A stretch of DNA of 52,665 nucleotides from an uncultured Clostridium sp. (GCA_930990645.1 CAKNQJ010000002.1:1-52665), one strand, 5' to 3'. Positions 1-9,334 are shown, counted from the first letter of the stretch. Translations and numbers: made by a program. Notes: generated from the sequence alone by a model not told the origin.

Positions 1-51
1 AAGGGACTGAAAATCCCTGTGTCACTGGTTCGATTCCCGTTCGAGGCACCA
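1..51 (+). tRNA. 3' part of tRNA-Phe(GAA), truncated by window edge
   Basis: Anticodon arm AGGGA/CTGAAAA/TCCCT (anticodon GAA), T-loop GGTTCGATTCC, acceptor 3' strand TCGAGGC, discriminator A and encoded CCA ending at 51. Confidence 0.8.
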
Positions 52-90
52 AAAAACGTAATCGTAGCATCATTCATATGCTTACAATAA

Positions 91-121
91 AAAAATCGAC
101 CTGTTATAGTCGATTTTTTTT
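91..121 (+). terminator. Rho-independent terminator after the tRNA
   Basis: AAAAATCGAC-ctgttata-GTCGATTTTT hairpin running into a T-tract. Confidence 0.7.
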
Positions 122-323
122 ATTGTAGAAAATATTTTCAATAACTTAAAAAATAACTGAAATCTAAATTGCCTTTGAGATTTCCTTCCTTTTTTGAAAG
201 CTTAAATCGACAAGAACAAAGAGCGACTTTTGTAGCTTTGTTCAACTTTGAAATATAAAAATTAAAGAATAGAATTTGGGAAATATAGAAACAGTGAACT
301 TATGCAAGTAAACTTTACATAAA

Positions 324-352
324 TTGACTTCGGGTTTAATATTTGCTATAAT
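324..352 (+). promoter_or_regulatory. Sigma-A type promoter
   Basis: TTGACT 324-329, 17-nt spacer, TATAAT 347-352. The ORF-track start at 324 is the -35 box itself. Confidence 0.6.
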
Positions 353-515
353 ATATATAGGTTATTTTTTAGTTTTTGATGTGAATACATTATTAACTAC
401 TCCCACATCTGAGGTGGAACTAAGTGACGTGGCGCAATTTAAGGTGCACGCTCATTCCTCATTTGTGTTTACATATATATATTCTATGGCTTCATTAAGA
501 AGGAGGAAATTGAAC

Positions 516-1466
516 ATGAAAAAAGTACGGATTATCGTTGCACTTGTTTTGATGGTAGTTTTGGCTATCACTACAGCAGCAGCAACTTCTACCAACTTTA
601 CCGGCGATGGCGCGGTATATGTTGATAGCGAACGCGTCAACGTTGATGCAAAAGTTGATGCTGACGGAGAGGTGTATGTTGAGAGCAAGGAAGCTCTTTA
701 TACAATCCTGCCAGAACTAGAGGATGGCAACTTCCGAATTAATACGGAAGATTGGTATCGCGTGTCAACATATGTACTGTACCTTGATGGGTACAGCTAT
801 ACGTTCCGGAATAATGCTATTTATATTTATTCCGGGGATATTGATATCGGAGACTTGATCGACGATGGCAACAGCAATGAAGATTCTCAGAAAGCAAATG
901 TATTCGCAAACGATTTGCGGATAGCAACGCAAAAAGTTACCCTGGAGAACGGTGTTGCATATGCTTCTGAAAAAGATGTCAGACTGATATTTACAGAGGC
1001 ACAGGGAGCCTTCATTGAAGGTCAGACCAGCTTACAGAGGTTGGCAAACCATTATGGGTATGTTTTGAAAACTTCAGGTAATGATGTATACTTGAACAAC
1101 AATGGCAATGCACCTGTAAAGGTGTTTGTCAATGGGGAAGAAACATATTTACCCGATCAACAAGCATTCATCCAGAGGGACCGGACAATGGTTCCTGTAC
1201 GTTTCATCACTGAAGAAGTAGGGGCACAGGTACTTTGGAATCAAGCAACTCGAACGGTGACAATATCGAAAAACGGAACGACAATCAACATGGCTGTTGG
1301 ACAAAAGGAATTTATGGTAAATGGTGTACAATACACCTCTGACATAGCTCCAATGATAAGCAATGGCAGAACAATGGTTCCTGTACGGTTTGTGACTGAA
1401 AATCTTGGATTTGCGGTACAATACGAAACTGGATATTTACCAGTAGTGAGACTGACATCTCGCTAA
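516..1466 (+). CDS. Secreted copper amine oxidase N-terminal (stalk) domain protein; compositionally foreign
   Basis: AGGAGG 9 nt upstream of ATG 516. Signal-peptide-like MKKVRIIVALVLMVVLAITTAAA. Two C-terminal repeats DRTMVPVRFITEEVGAQVLWNQATRTVTI and GRTMVPVRFVTENLGFAVQY typical of the Cu_amine_oxidN1 fold. GC and codon usage (GGC, CGC, GCG, CGG) clearly differ from the rest of the window. Confidence 0.8.
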   Translation: MKKVRIIVALVLMVVLAITTAAATSTNFTGDGAVYVDSERVNVDAKVDADGEVYVESKEALYTILPELEDGNFRINTEDWYRVSTYVLYLDGYSYTFRNNAIYIYSGDIDIGDLIDDGNSNEDSQKANVFANDLRIATQKVTLENGVAYASEKDVRLIFTEAQGAFIEGQTSLQRLANHYGYVLKTSGNDVYLNNNGNAPVKVFVNGEETYLPDQQAFIQRDRTMVPVRFITEEVGAQVLWNQATRTVTISKNGTTINMAVGQKEFMVNGVQYTSDIAPMISNGRTMVPVRFVTENLGFAVQYETGYLPVVRLTSR

Positions 1467-1504
1467 GTCATAGTATCAGACTTAGTTCCATCTGATACCA
1501 GGAT

Positions 1505-1528
1505 CCCCCTAACTTTCGAGTTAGGGGG
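1505..1528 (+). terminator. Stable hairpin downstream of the foreign gene (terminator-like, no clear U-tract)
   Basis: Perfect 10-bp stem CCCCCTAACT/AGTTAGGGGG with TTCG loop, 38 nt after the stop. Confidence 0.4.
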
Positions 1529-1604
1529 ATTAAAATGATTAGAAATCAAATAAATAAGTAAGCTAGTAATTGCTTCTACATTTTTTCCGACAGGATTAAA
1601 AAGA

Positions 1605-2585
1605 TTAGAAAGTAAATAAATATTGTATTTCTTTTCCATTTAAATAATTTAGAATTCCAGCATCAGTTTTAAAATTAAATTTTAGCATATAACTACATAA
1701 CTGCTGAGTTTTACAACCAAACATTTTGTTTACTTCATTAATACCATATTTTCCATCACCTATTATAGGAAATCCTAAATGAGCAAGGTGAGCCCTAATC
1801 TGATGAGTTTTGCCAGTATGTAGCTGTACATCTAAAATACTATAATTTTCTTTCACGTTTTTTTCAAGTAGAGTAAAAGAAGTTTCGATTTTCACATATC
1901 CCTTTTTAGGAATATCGGAAATATACACCATAGATTTTTTATTGTCTTTAAATAAATAGGCAGTAAGTTTTATTTCTTCTGAAATAGTTTTGGGTAGTCG
2001 AAGGGCAATTCTATCTGATATTTTGTGTTTTGCCCTAGAAAATTTTGTGTTCGCATTTGGGTTTAAATTATTATAAGAGCTATTTGCAGTGCTTCTTAAT
2101 CGGGTAAAATTAGGGATACCATAAACTCTAGCTAAATAGTGTTTCTCAATTTCATGTTTCTTAAATTTATCTAATAATATGTCTAGAGCTACTTTATTTT
2201 TTGCAAATAGAACTAAACCAGTAGTATTTCTGTCTAGTCTATGGCATGGCTTAATATAGCCGTATTCTTTTTCCAACAAAGTAGTAAGAGAATTATTGCC
2301 AACAACTTCAATATCTGCAGGCTTGTTTACAACCAAAATATTTTCGTCTTCATATACTTTTGGAATATTAATGTTTTTATACAATAAATCATCAACAAGA
2401 TAAATGGTAATCTCATCATCTGCATGCACAATAGCATCTGCATTAATTCTTACATTATTAATACGGATATCTTTCTTTCGAAAAGCTTTATATAAAGTAT
2501 TTTTAGTGAGACCATTAAAATAAAAATATAGTACATCACTTATTTTTTTATTATCAAATTTGTTATCTACAATTATTTTTTGCAT
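1605..2585 (-). CDS. RluA-family 23S rRNA/tRNA pseudouridine synthase
   Basis: S4-like N-terminus, catalytic-Asp motif HRLDRNTTGLVLFAK, THQIRAHLAHLGFPIIGDGKYG motif. Confidence 0.85.
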   Translation of the reverse strand: MQKIIVDNKFDNKKISDVLYFYFNGLTKNTLYKAFRKKDIRINNVRINADAIVHADDEITIYLVDDLLYKNINIPKVYEDENILVVNKPADIEVVGNNSLTTLLEKEYGYIKPCHRLDRNTTGLVLFAKNKVALDILLDKFKKHEIEKHYLARVYGIPNFTRLRSTANSSYNNLNPNANTKFSRAKHKISDRIALRLPKTISEEIKLTAYLFKDNKKSMVYISDIPKKGYVKIETSFTLLEKNVKENYSILDVQLHTGKTHQIRAHLAHLGFPIIGDGKYGINEVNKMFGCKTQQLCSYMLKFNFKTDAGILNYLNGKEIQYLFTF

Positions 2586-2606
2586 TTAAAATAAAATTCC
2601 TTCTTT

Positions 2607-2873
2607 TTATATATTTTCATAATGTGTCCACAAACTAACTATTTTTATAATCTGTTCATTTTCATATACTTGATAAACTAATCTATGTTTAATATTAATT
2701 CTTCTAGAAAATAAACTTTGCAAATCTCCTACTAATTTCTCATAAGGAGGAGGATTTTGATATGGATTATTTTTTATGATATCAATTAATGTGAGAGCTT
2801 TTTTATCTAAATTAGTAGATTTAAGTTTAGGAATATCTTTTAAAACTTGTTTAGTATATACAATTCTATACAA
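2607..2873 (-). CDS. yoeB: YoeB/Txe-family type II toxin
   Basis: 88 aa, KHRLVYQV and C-terminal LWTHY signature, directly abuts the upstream antitoxin gene. Confidence 0.8.
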   Translation of the reverse strand: MYRIVYTKQVLKDIPKLKSTNLDKKALTLIDIIKNNPYQNPPPYEKLVGDLQSLFSRRINIKHRLVYQVYENEQIIKIVSLWTHYENI

Positions 2874-3122
2874 TTACCATTTCACCTCGTCTTCAGCAAT
2901 ACAATCTTCTAAAGGAGTTTCTTTACCTTTAATCAATTTATCTTTCATACCAGGAACATTTAACAAATTAACAGTTTCCATAAGACCATTATAATCCTCT
3001 TCTGATAGTACGATTGCATTACCATTTTTCGTAGAAATGTTAATTGTTTCATTATATTTTATAGTTTTTTCCAATAATTCATAAATATCTTTTCTAAAAT
3101 TAGTAATATTAATATTTGTCAC
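2874..3122 (-). CDS. yefM: Phd/YefM-family type II antitoxin
   Basis: N-terminal NITNFRKDIYELL and AIVLSEEDYNGLMETVNLL typical of YefM. GTG 3122 has a GAGG RBS at good spacing; alternative GTG at 3131. Confidence 0.75.
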   Translation of the reverse strand: MTNINITNFRKDIYELLEKTIKYNETINISTKNGNAIVLSEEDYNGLMETVNLLNVPGMKDKLIKGKETPLEDCIAEDEVKW

Positions 3123-3244
3123 TATTATCACCTCTATACAGTATTATAACATACGCTTTAACGTACGTCAATGAAATTCTTAAAATTAGTTGTTAATCAT
3201 TAAATATTATGATAGAATTCACGTATGAGAGGAGGATTTTTAAA

Positions 3245-4366
3245 TTGGAAATAATAGTAGGAAAAACTTCTGGATTTTGTTATGGAGTAAATAATGCTGT
3301 AACAAAGGCAGAGGAATTTGTGAAAAATAACAAGGATAAAAAGGTATATTGCTTGGGTGAACTTGTGCATAATAAGCAGGTAACAAGTAAGCTAGAAAAC
3401 GAGGGACTTGCTTTTATAAATAATTTATCTGAGCTAAGCAAAGCAGATGATGCATCCGAAACAGAAAAAAATGCAAATATGTTAAAAAGTAATAGAGAAA
3501 ATAATGCTGCAGTAATCATACGTGCACACGGCGAGCCAAAATCAACATATGAGAAACTTAAACAAAATAATCTAGAAATCTTAGATTTAACTTGCCCAAA
3601 TGTACTTGCAATCCATAAATTAGTGGAGGAGCATATATTAAAAGGATATTATGTTTTTTTAATAGGACAAAAAGACCATCCAGAAATAATTGGTACGTAT
3701 GGCTTTTGTGATGGAAAATGTACAGTTATAGAGAATGAAGATGATATAGACTTAGCATTTAATGAGCTAATTCAAAAAAATATGAATAAAATATTTGTTG
3801 TATCACAAACTACATTTAGTTTGGAAAAATTTGAAAAGTATGTACAAAAAATAGAGGATAAAATTAATAACTTTAATGAGCAAGTAATAAAACAAGATAG
3901 GAAATTTGAAGAACAAGACACAAATATAAGTATTTCTTTATATAAATTAGACGACGATAAAGCAGGTCAGTCCAAAAAAGAACAAAATATAAGTAAGATA
4001 GAATTAGAAGTAAGAAACACGATTTGCAATGCAACAAGGATTAGGCAAGAAGAAACAGAAAAAATTTCTAAACAAGTTGATTGTATGATAATAATTGGAG
4101 GAAAAAATAGTTCAAATACAAGAAAGTTGTATGATATTGCAAAGAAGAATTGTGAAAGTACAGTTATAATTGAAACATATAAAGAGTTCGAAGAGGAAAG
4201 TTTGAACGTAACGAATAATATACAGGAAAATAATAATGGCAAAGATGTTAATAAAAAATTCTTAGAAAAGATTAAAACTTCAAATAAAATAGGCATCATG
4301 GCAGGTGCTTCAACACCAAGAGAAAGTATTGAAGAGGTAATTGATTTTCTAAAACTTGAATATTAG
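3245..4366 (+). CDS. ispH: 4-hydroxy-3-methylbut-2-enyl diphosphate reductase with low-complexity insertions
   Basis: GFCYGV, RAHGEP, LTCPNV, VSQTT, GGKNSSNT and AGASTP motifs. TTG 3245 lies 9 nt after GGAGG; ATG 3209 of the ORF track has no RBS. Confidence 0.85.
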   Translation: MEIIVGKTSGFCYGVNNAVTKAEEFVKNNKDKKVYCLGELVHNKQVTSKLENEGLAFINNLSELSKADDASETEKNANMLKSNRENNAAVIIRAHGEPKSTYEKLKQNNLEILDLTCPNVLAIHKLVEEHILKGYYVFLIGQKDHPEIIGTYGFCDGKCTVIENEDDIDLAFNELIQKNMNKIFVVSQTTFSLEKFEKYVQKIEDKINNFNEQVIKQDRKFEEQDTNISISLYKLDDDKAGQSKKEQNISKIELEVRNTICNATRIRQEETEKISKQVDCMIIIGGKNSSNTRKLYDIAKKNCESTVIIETYKEFEEESLNVTNNIQENNNGKDVNKKFLEKIKTSNKIGIMAGASTPRESIEEVIDFLKLEY

Positions 4367-4430
4367 GTACAAATTCATAGTTGCAATTTACAGTTCACAC
4401 AAAATTCACAAAAGTTCGGATACAAACTAA

Positions 4431-4459
4431 TTGACAACACATAAAAAAAGAATTATAAT
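4431..4459 (+). promoter_or_regulatory. Consensus sigma-A promoter of the ABC exporter operon
   Basis: TTGACA 4431-4436, 17-nt spacer, TATAAT 4454-4459. Confidence 0.65.
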
Positions 4460-4484
4460 ATATATCTGTTATTTATTAAGTTTA

Positions 4485-4627
4485 GTGCCATTGGGTACAG
4501 ACCCCATTGGCACCAGAAAAAAGGGAATAGAGCAAAGTGTGCAATTGGGGTCTGTACCAAATTGCACAGGAGGTGTGTCCCAAAGTGTCAAAAAAAATTG
4601 ACAAAAAGGAGTGTCCCTTTTGTCAAA
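4485..4627. repeat. Cluster of GGGAC/GTCCC-core hairpin repeats in the ABC operon leader
   Basis: GTGCCATTGGGTACAGACCCCATTGGCAC, TGTGCAATTGGGGTCTGTACCAAATTGCACA, and TTGACAAAAAGGAGTGTCCCTTTTGTCAA. The same units recur at 14 or more other loci. Confidence 0.85.
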
Positions 4628-4644
4628 GAGAAAAAGGAGGAGTT

Positions 4645-6912
4645 ATGCTAAAAGTATTAAAAAATCTTAAAAATTCATGGGCAGCTGTATTAGTTATAGT
4701 TATTCTATTATGCGTGCAAGCTGCTGCAGACTTAGCTTTACCTGATTATACATCTAAGATTGTTAATGTTGGTATACAGTATGGTGGTATTGAAGAGAAA
4801 ATACCAGAAGTTATATCTAGCAGTACAATGCAAGATTTACTTGTGCTTACTGAGGAGGATAGTGAGATTTTAGATGGTTATGATTTGGTAAGAAATGAGG
4901 CTACAGATAGCCAAGAAAAAACTATTGAGAAATATCTTGGAGATGATTTTGATATTTCTAACAATAGTGTTTATGTTCTTAAAGATTTAAGTGAAGAGGA
5001 GTTAAACGAATTAACTAACGTTATAACAAATCCACTTATTGAGTATTCTTCTATTACAAGTGAAGAAACTGCAAATCAAATAAAAGAGAGCATTATGCAA
5101 ACAATGAGCGAGGAGAATAAAGCCGCTCTTTCAAACTTAGATATTATGAGCATTTTAGAGTTAATGCCAGCATCTCAAAGGGATACAGTTTTAGAAGAGT
5201 TTACTAACTATATATCTCAAATGTCAGATTCAATTAAAGAACAAGCTGCAATTAGTGCTGTTAAGCAAGTTTATACTGATGCAGGTGTAGATACAGATAA
5301 GTTACAAAATGATTATATCTTAATGTCGGGGCTCCAAATGCTTGGTGTAGCGTTAGTAAGTATGATATCAGCAGTTACGATTATGCTATTATCATCTAGG
5401 GTTGCAGCTAGACTTGGAAAGACATTAAGGGATAAAGTGTTTAAAAAAGTTCTAAGCTTTTCAACAGCTGAGCTTAGAGAGTTTTCAACAGCCTCTCTTA
5501 TAACACGTAGCACAAATGATATTCAACAAATTCAACAATTAATTGCAATTCTATTTAGAGTTGTAGTGTATGCGCCAATTATTGGTATAGGTGGATTTGT
5601 AAAAGTGCTAACATCAAGTGACTATTCTATGGCATGGATTATTGGTGTGGCAATAGTTGCAATACTATTTATAGTAGGAACATTGTTCGCAGTTGCAATG
5701 CCTAAATTTAGAAAATTGCAAGATTTAATTGATAAATTAAACCAAGTTTCAAGAGAAATCCTAACAGGACTTCCAGTTATAAGAGCTTTCAATAAAGAAA
5801 AGAAAGAAGAAGCAAGATTTGATGACTCTAACAAAGACTTAATGAAGACAAATGTATTTGTAAACAGATCAATGTCAATGATGATGCCACTTCTAATGTT
5901 TGTTATGAGCTCTATAACAGTGCTTATAGTATGGGTAGGAGCACATAATGTAGACGCTGGAACATTACAAGTTGGAGATATGATGGCATTTATTCAATAT
6001 ACAATGCAAATTGTAATGGCATTCTTAATGATATCTATGATATCAATTATGCTTCCAAGAGCAGCTGTGTCTGCAAGACGTATTAATGAAGTTGTAGACA
6101 CAGAGCCAAGTATAAAGGATAAAGAAGAAACAAAGAAATTTAATCCTGACAAAAAAGGATTAGTTGAGTTTAAAAATGTTTCATTTAGATATCCAGATGC
6201 AGATACAGAAATACTAGAAGATATTAACTTTACTGCAGAGCCAGGAAAGACTACAGCTTTAATAGGTAGCACAGGTAGCGGTAAATCTACTGTGGTAAAT
6301 TTGATACCAAGATTTTATGATGTAACAGAGGGAGAACTTTTAGTAGATGGTGTAAATGTAAAAGATGTTGCACAAAAAGATTTAAGAGACATCATAGGAT
6401 TTGTACCTCAAAAAGGAATATTATTCTCTGGAACTATTGAATCAAACATTAAATATGCAGATGAGAATATTTCTGATGAGCAAATGAAGAAAGCAGCAGA
6501 AATTGCACAAGCTACAGAGTTTATTGAGGGTAAACCAGCAAAATACCAAGACCCAATTGCACAAGGTGGAGGAAATGTATCTGGTGGACAAAAACAACGT
6601 TTATCAATAGCAAGAGCTATTGCAAAAGACCCAGAAATATTTATATTTGATGACAGTTTTTCTGCATTGGATTTCAAAACAGATAGTAAGTTACGTGAAG
6701 CTTTGGCAGAAAAAACAGAAAACAAAACAGTTATTATTGTTGCTCAAAGAATTAGCACAATATTAAACGCAGATAAGATAATTGTATTAGAAGAAGGAAA
6801 GATAGTGGGTCAAGGTACACACGAAGAATTAATGGAAAATAATGAAACATATAAACAAATTGCATTATCACAATTATCTGAAGAAGAATTAAATGGGAAA
6901 GGAGGAAAATAG
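4645..6912 (+). CDS. ABC exporter, fused permease/ATPase subunit (long insert between TM1 and TM2)
   Basis: AAGGAGG before ATG 4645. Walker A GSTGSGKST, signature VSGGQKQR, Walker B IFIFDDSFSALD. The ORF-track extension from 4537 only translates the repeat cluster. Confidence 0.9.
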   Translation: MLKVLKNLKNSWAAVLVIVILLCVQAAADLALPDYTSKIVNVGIQYGGIEEKIPEVISSSTMQDLLVLTEEDSEILDGYDLVRNEATDSQEKTIEKYLGDDFDISNNSVYVLKDLSEEELNELTNVITNPLIEYSSITSEETANQIKESIMQTMSEENKAALSNLDIMSILELMPASQRDTVLEEFTNYISQMSDSIKEQAAISAVKQVYTDAGVDTDKLQNDYILMSGLQMLGVALVSMISAVTIMLLSSRVAARLGKTLRDKVFKKVLSFSTAELREFSTASLITRSTNDIQQIQQLIAILFRVVVYAPIIGIGGFVKVLTSSDYSMAWIIGVAIVAILFIVGTLFAVAMPKFRKLQDLIDKLNQVSREILTGLPVIRAFNKEKKEEARFDDSNKDLMKTNVFVNRSMSMMMPLLMFVMSSITVLIVWVGAHNVDAGTLQVGDMMAFIQYTMQIVMAFLMISMISIMLPRAAVSARRINEVVDTEPSIKDKEETKKFNPDKKGLVEFKNVSFRYPDADTEILEDINFTAEPGKTTALIGSTGSGKSTVVNLIPRFYDVTEGELLVDGVNVKDVAQKDLRDIIGFVPQKGILFSGTIESNIKYADENISDEQMKKAAEIAQATEFIEGKPAKYQDPIAQGGGNVSGGQKQRLSIARAIAKDPEIFIFDDSFSALDFKTDSKLREALAEKTENKTVIIVAQRISTILNADKIIVLEEGKIVGQGTHEELMENNETYKQIALSQLSEEELNGKGGK

Positions 6913-8745
6913 ATGCCAGGACCAATGGGAGGACCTATGAGAAGAGGTCAAACTACAGAAAAGCCAAAAGATTTTAAAAAGACTACAAAAAAGCTAATAA
7001 ATTCGTATTTAGCAAAATATAAAATCCCACTAATCATAGTTTTGATATTCGCTGTGGGAAGTACAATATTTACAATAGTTGGACCAAAGATACTAGGAAA
7101 TGCTACTACAGAAATATTTAATGGAATAATGAGTAAATTATCTGGTGGAAGCGGAATAGATTTTGGCAAAATAGCGCAAATTGCAATTACACTTTTAGGA
7201 CTTTATTTACTAAGTGCAGTATTTTCCTTCGTTCAGGGATTTACAATGACAGGAATAGCACAAAAAATAACATATAAGATGCGTAATGATATAGCTGCAA
7301 AAATAAATAAACTTCCGATGAACTATTTTGATAAAAGAACAAATGGAGAAGTTCTATCAATTATTACAAATGATATTGATACCCTAAGTATGAACTTAAA
7401 CCAAAGTATAACTCAAATTATAACATCTGTTTGTACAATTATAGGAATACTTATTATGATGTTCTCTATAAGTTGGCAAATGACACTAATTTCATTAGTA
7501 ATATTACCAGTTGCAGCAATCATAGTAAGAATAATTGTAGGAAGGTCACAAAAATATTTCAATAGACAACAAGAATATTTAGGACATGTAAATGGTCAAG
7601 TTGAAGAAATATATGGTGGACTTACAGTTGTAAAAGCATTTAATGCAGAAGGAAAAGTTACAAATACATTTGACAAAGCAAATGATGAACTATATAAATC
7701 AGCATGGAAATCACAATTCTTATCTGGTTTAATGCATCCAGTAATGAACTTTATATCTAATATAGGATATGTCGGAGTTGCTGTAGCAGGTGGATATTTA
7801 GCAATAAATGGAACAATTACTGTTGGTAACATACAAAGTTTTATACAATACAACAAACAATTCACACAACCAATTAACCAAATTGCGCAAATTTCATCTA
7901 TGTTACAATCAATGGTAGCAGCAGCAGAAAGAGTATTTGAATTCCTAGAAGAGCCAGAAGAAGTAGATACAGCAAAAGGAAATATAGATACAAGTAAATT
8001 ACAAGGAAATGTAGAATTTGACCATGTTAAATTTGGATACAATCCTGATAAGATAATCATAAAAGACTTTAGTGCAAAAGTTAAAGAAGGACAAAAAATT
8101 GCAATTGTTGGACCAACAGGAGCTGGAAAAACAACAATGGTAAAACTACTTATGAGATTTTATGATGTTACAGATGGGGCAATATTAGTAGACGGACACA
8201 ATGTAAAAGACTTCGAAAGAGGAAAACTTCGTAAGATGTTTGGAATGGTACTTCAAGACACATGGCTATTTGGAGGAACTGTAAAGGACAATATCAAATA
8301 CAGTAAAGAAGATGCAACAGATGACGAAGTAATCCAAGCTGCAAAAGCTGCACATGTACATCATTATATAAAAACATTGCCAAATGGATATAACTCAATG
8401 ATAAATGAAGAATCTTCAAACATATCTGCAGGACAAAAACAATTGCTTACAATTGCAAGAGTAATCTTAGCAGATCCAAAGATACTAATACTAGATGAAG
8501 CAACAAGCTCAATAGACACAAGAACAGAGATACAAATACAAGCAGCGATGGACAATCTAATGAAAGGAAGAACAAGCTTTGTAATAGCGCATAGATTATC
8601 AACAATAAAGAATTCTGATTTGATTTTAGTTATGAATCAAGGAGATATAGTAGAGCAAGGAACACATGAAGAACTTCTTGCAAAAGGAGAAGGCGGATTT
8701 TATTACGAATTGTATAATTCACAATTCGATGAAGAAGAAGAGTAG
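6913..8745 (+). CDS. ABC exporter, fused permease/ATPase subunit (heterodimer partner)
   Basis: ATG immediately follows the upstream stop. Walker A GPTGAGKTT, signature ISAGQKQL, Walker B ILILDEATSSID, H-loop AHRLST. Confidence 0.9.
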   Translation: MPGPMGGPMRRGQTTEKPKDFKKTTKKLINSYLAKYKIPLIIVLIFAVGSTIFTIVGPKILGNATTEIFNGIMSKLSGGSGIDFGKIAQIAITLLGLYLLSAVFSFVQGFTMTGIAQKITYKMRNDIAAKINKLPMNYFDKRTNGEVLSIITNDIDTLSMNLNQSITQIITSVCTIIGILIMMFSISWQMTLISLVILPVAAIIVRIIVGRSQKYFNRQQEYLGHVNGQVEEIYGGLTVVKAFNAEGKVTNTFDKANDELYKSAWKSQFLSGLMHPVMNFISNIGYVGVAVAGGYLAINGTITVGNIQSFIQYNKQFTQPINQIAQISSMLQSMVAAAERVFEFLEEPEEVDTAKGNIDTSKLQGNVEFDHVKFGYNPDKIIIKDFSAKVKEGQKIAIVGPTGAGKTTMVKLLMRFYDVTDGAILVDGHNVKDFERGKLRKMFGMVLQDTWLFGGTVKDNIKYSKEDATDDEVIQAAKAAHVHHYIKTLPNGYNSMINEESSNISAGQKQLLTIARVILADPKILILDEATSSIDTRTEIQIQAAMDNLMKGRTSFVIAHRLSTIKNSDLILVMNQGDIVEQGTHEELLAKGEGGFYYELYNSQFDEEEE

Positions 8746-8766
8746 ATTTAAAAAATTATGTATACT

Positions 8767-8803
8767 AAAAAAGCAATTGGGGATAGACCCCAATTGCTTT
8801 TTT
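8767..8803. terminator. Bidirectional terminator between convergent genes
   Basis: AAAAAGCAATTGGGG-ataga-CCCCAATTGCTTTTT, with A-run and T-run on either side. Confidence 0.75.
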
Positions 8804-9167
8804 AGGCTTCTCCTGGTAAGAAGTAGTCAACAACACCATAAACTAAAGCTCCTACTATTGCAGCCATCCAAGAAATTGTATATCCTGCAACGAAATATTG
8901 TGTAACATATAAAACTACTGCAGCTAATACAAATCCTACGAAACCTTTACCAAAGGCACTTGCATGTAAACCAGTGAATTTAGTAATTAAAAAATCTATA
9001 ACAGTTAGAACTATTGCAGCAGCAGCTAAAGTCCAAATATTGTTGATTTGAAATCCTGGTGTGAAAAATGCTGTAATTGCAAGAACTATTGCAGCTGTGA
9101 TAAGCCTTCCAACAACTTGCCATACTGTAGAAGTATTACTTCTAGATTGAACTTGATTTTCTTCCAT
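8802..9167 (-). CDS. Small 4-TM membrane protein, DUF360 / phage-holin-family-IV-like
   Basis: GGAGG 5 nt upstream of ATG 9167. Four hydrophobic helices, with motif FTPGFQINNIWT resembling the DUF360 GF-x-I/V-x-x-x-W motif. Confidence 0.55.
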   Translation of the reverse strand: MEENQVQSRSNTSTVWQVVGRLITAAIVLAITAFFTPGFQINNIWTLAAAAIVLTVIDFLITKFTGLHASAFGKGFVGFVLAAVVLYVTQYFVAGYTISWMAAIVGALVYGVVDYFLPGEA

Positions 9168-9283
9168 AAAAACCTCCATTCGAGCAATTTATGCTCTAAC
9201 AAAATTTTAATTAAAAACCTCTATATTGCGAGAATGAAAGAGGTTTTTATTAGCCATCTCAAAATTCTTTAGAATTTTGAGGG

Positions 9284-9334
9284 CGAAAGCGATTGTAGCA
9301 TTAGTGTGAAAACTTGTTTTTCACACTAACCTCC
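9284..9334 (-). repeat. Leader-type repeat (copy 1 of 2), TAGTGTGAAAA-CAAGTT-TTCACACTA hairpin plus GCTACAATCGC
   Basis: About 55 nt similar to 30827-30887 when read on the minus strand. It lies upstream of the minus-strand gene at 9167. Confidence 0.6.

Noticed and set aside
1-1530. tRNA-Phe-adjacent GC-rich segment as a bona fide integrative mobile element
   Set aside because: No integrase, no recombinase and no direct repeat of the tRNA 3' end are visible. Only compositional evidence for foreign origin exists, so it is reported as a finding and not annotated as a mobile element.
4537-4644. N-terminal ORF extensions translating repeat DNA: 4537-4644 (ABC exporter), 44880-45011 (glyQS), 26285-26353, 13962-14003 and 33469-33546, giving peptides such as KKECPFCQ and KRSVPKRK
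   Set aside because: Each extension has a well-placed Shine-Dalgarno and start codon downstream that reproduces the normal family N-terminus. The extensions are repeat-element sequence, not conserved protein.
8666-9272. ORFs 8666-8905 and 9048-9272 overlapping the ABC gene end, the terminator and the DUF360-like gene
   Set aside because: They overlap better-supported genes and a terminator hairpin, lack an RBS, and have low-complexity translations.
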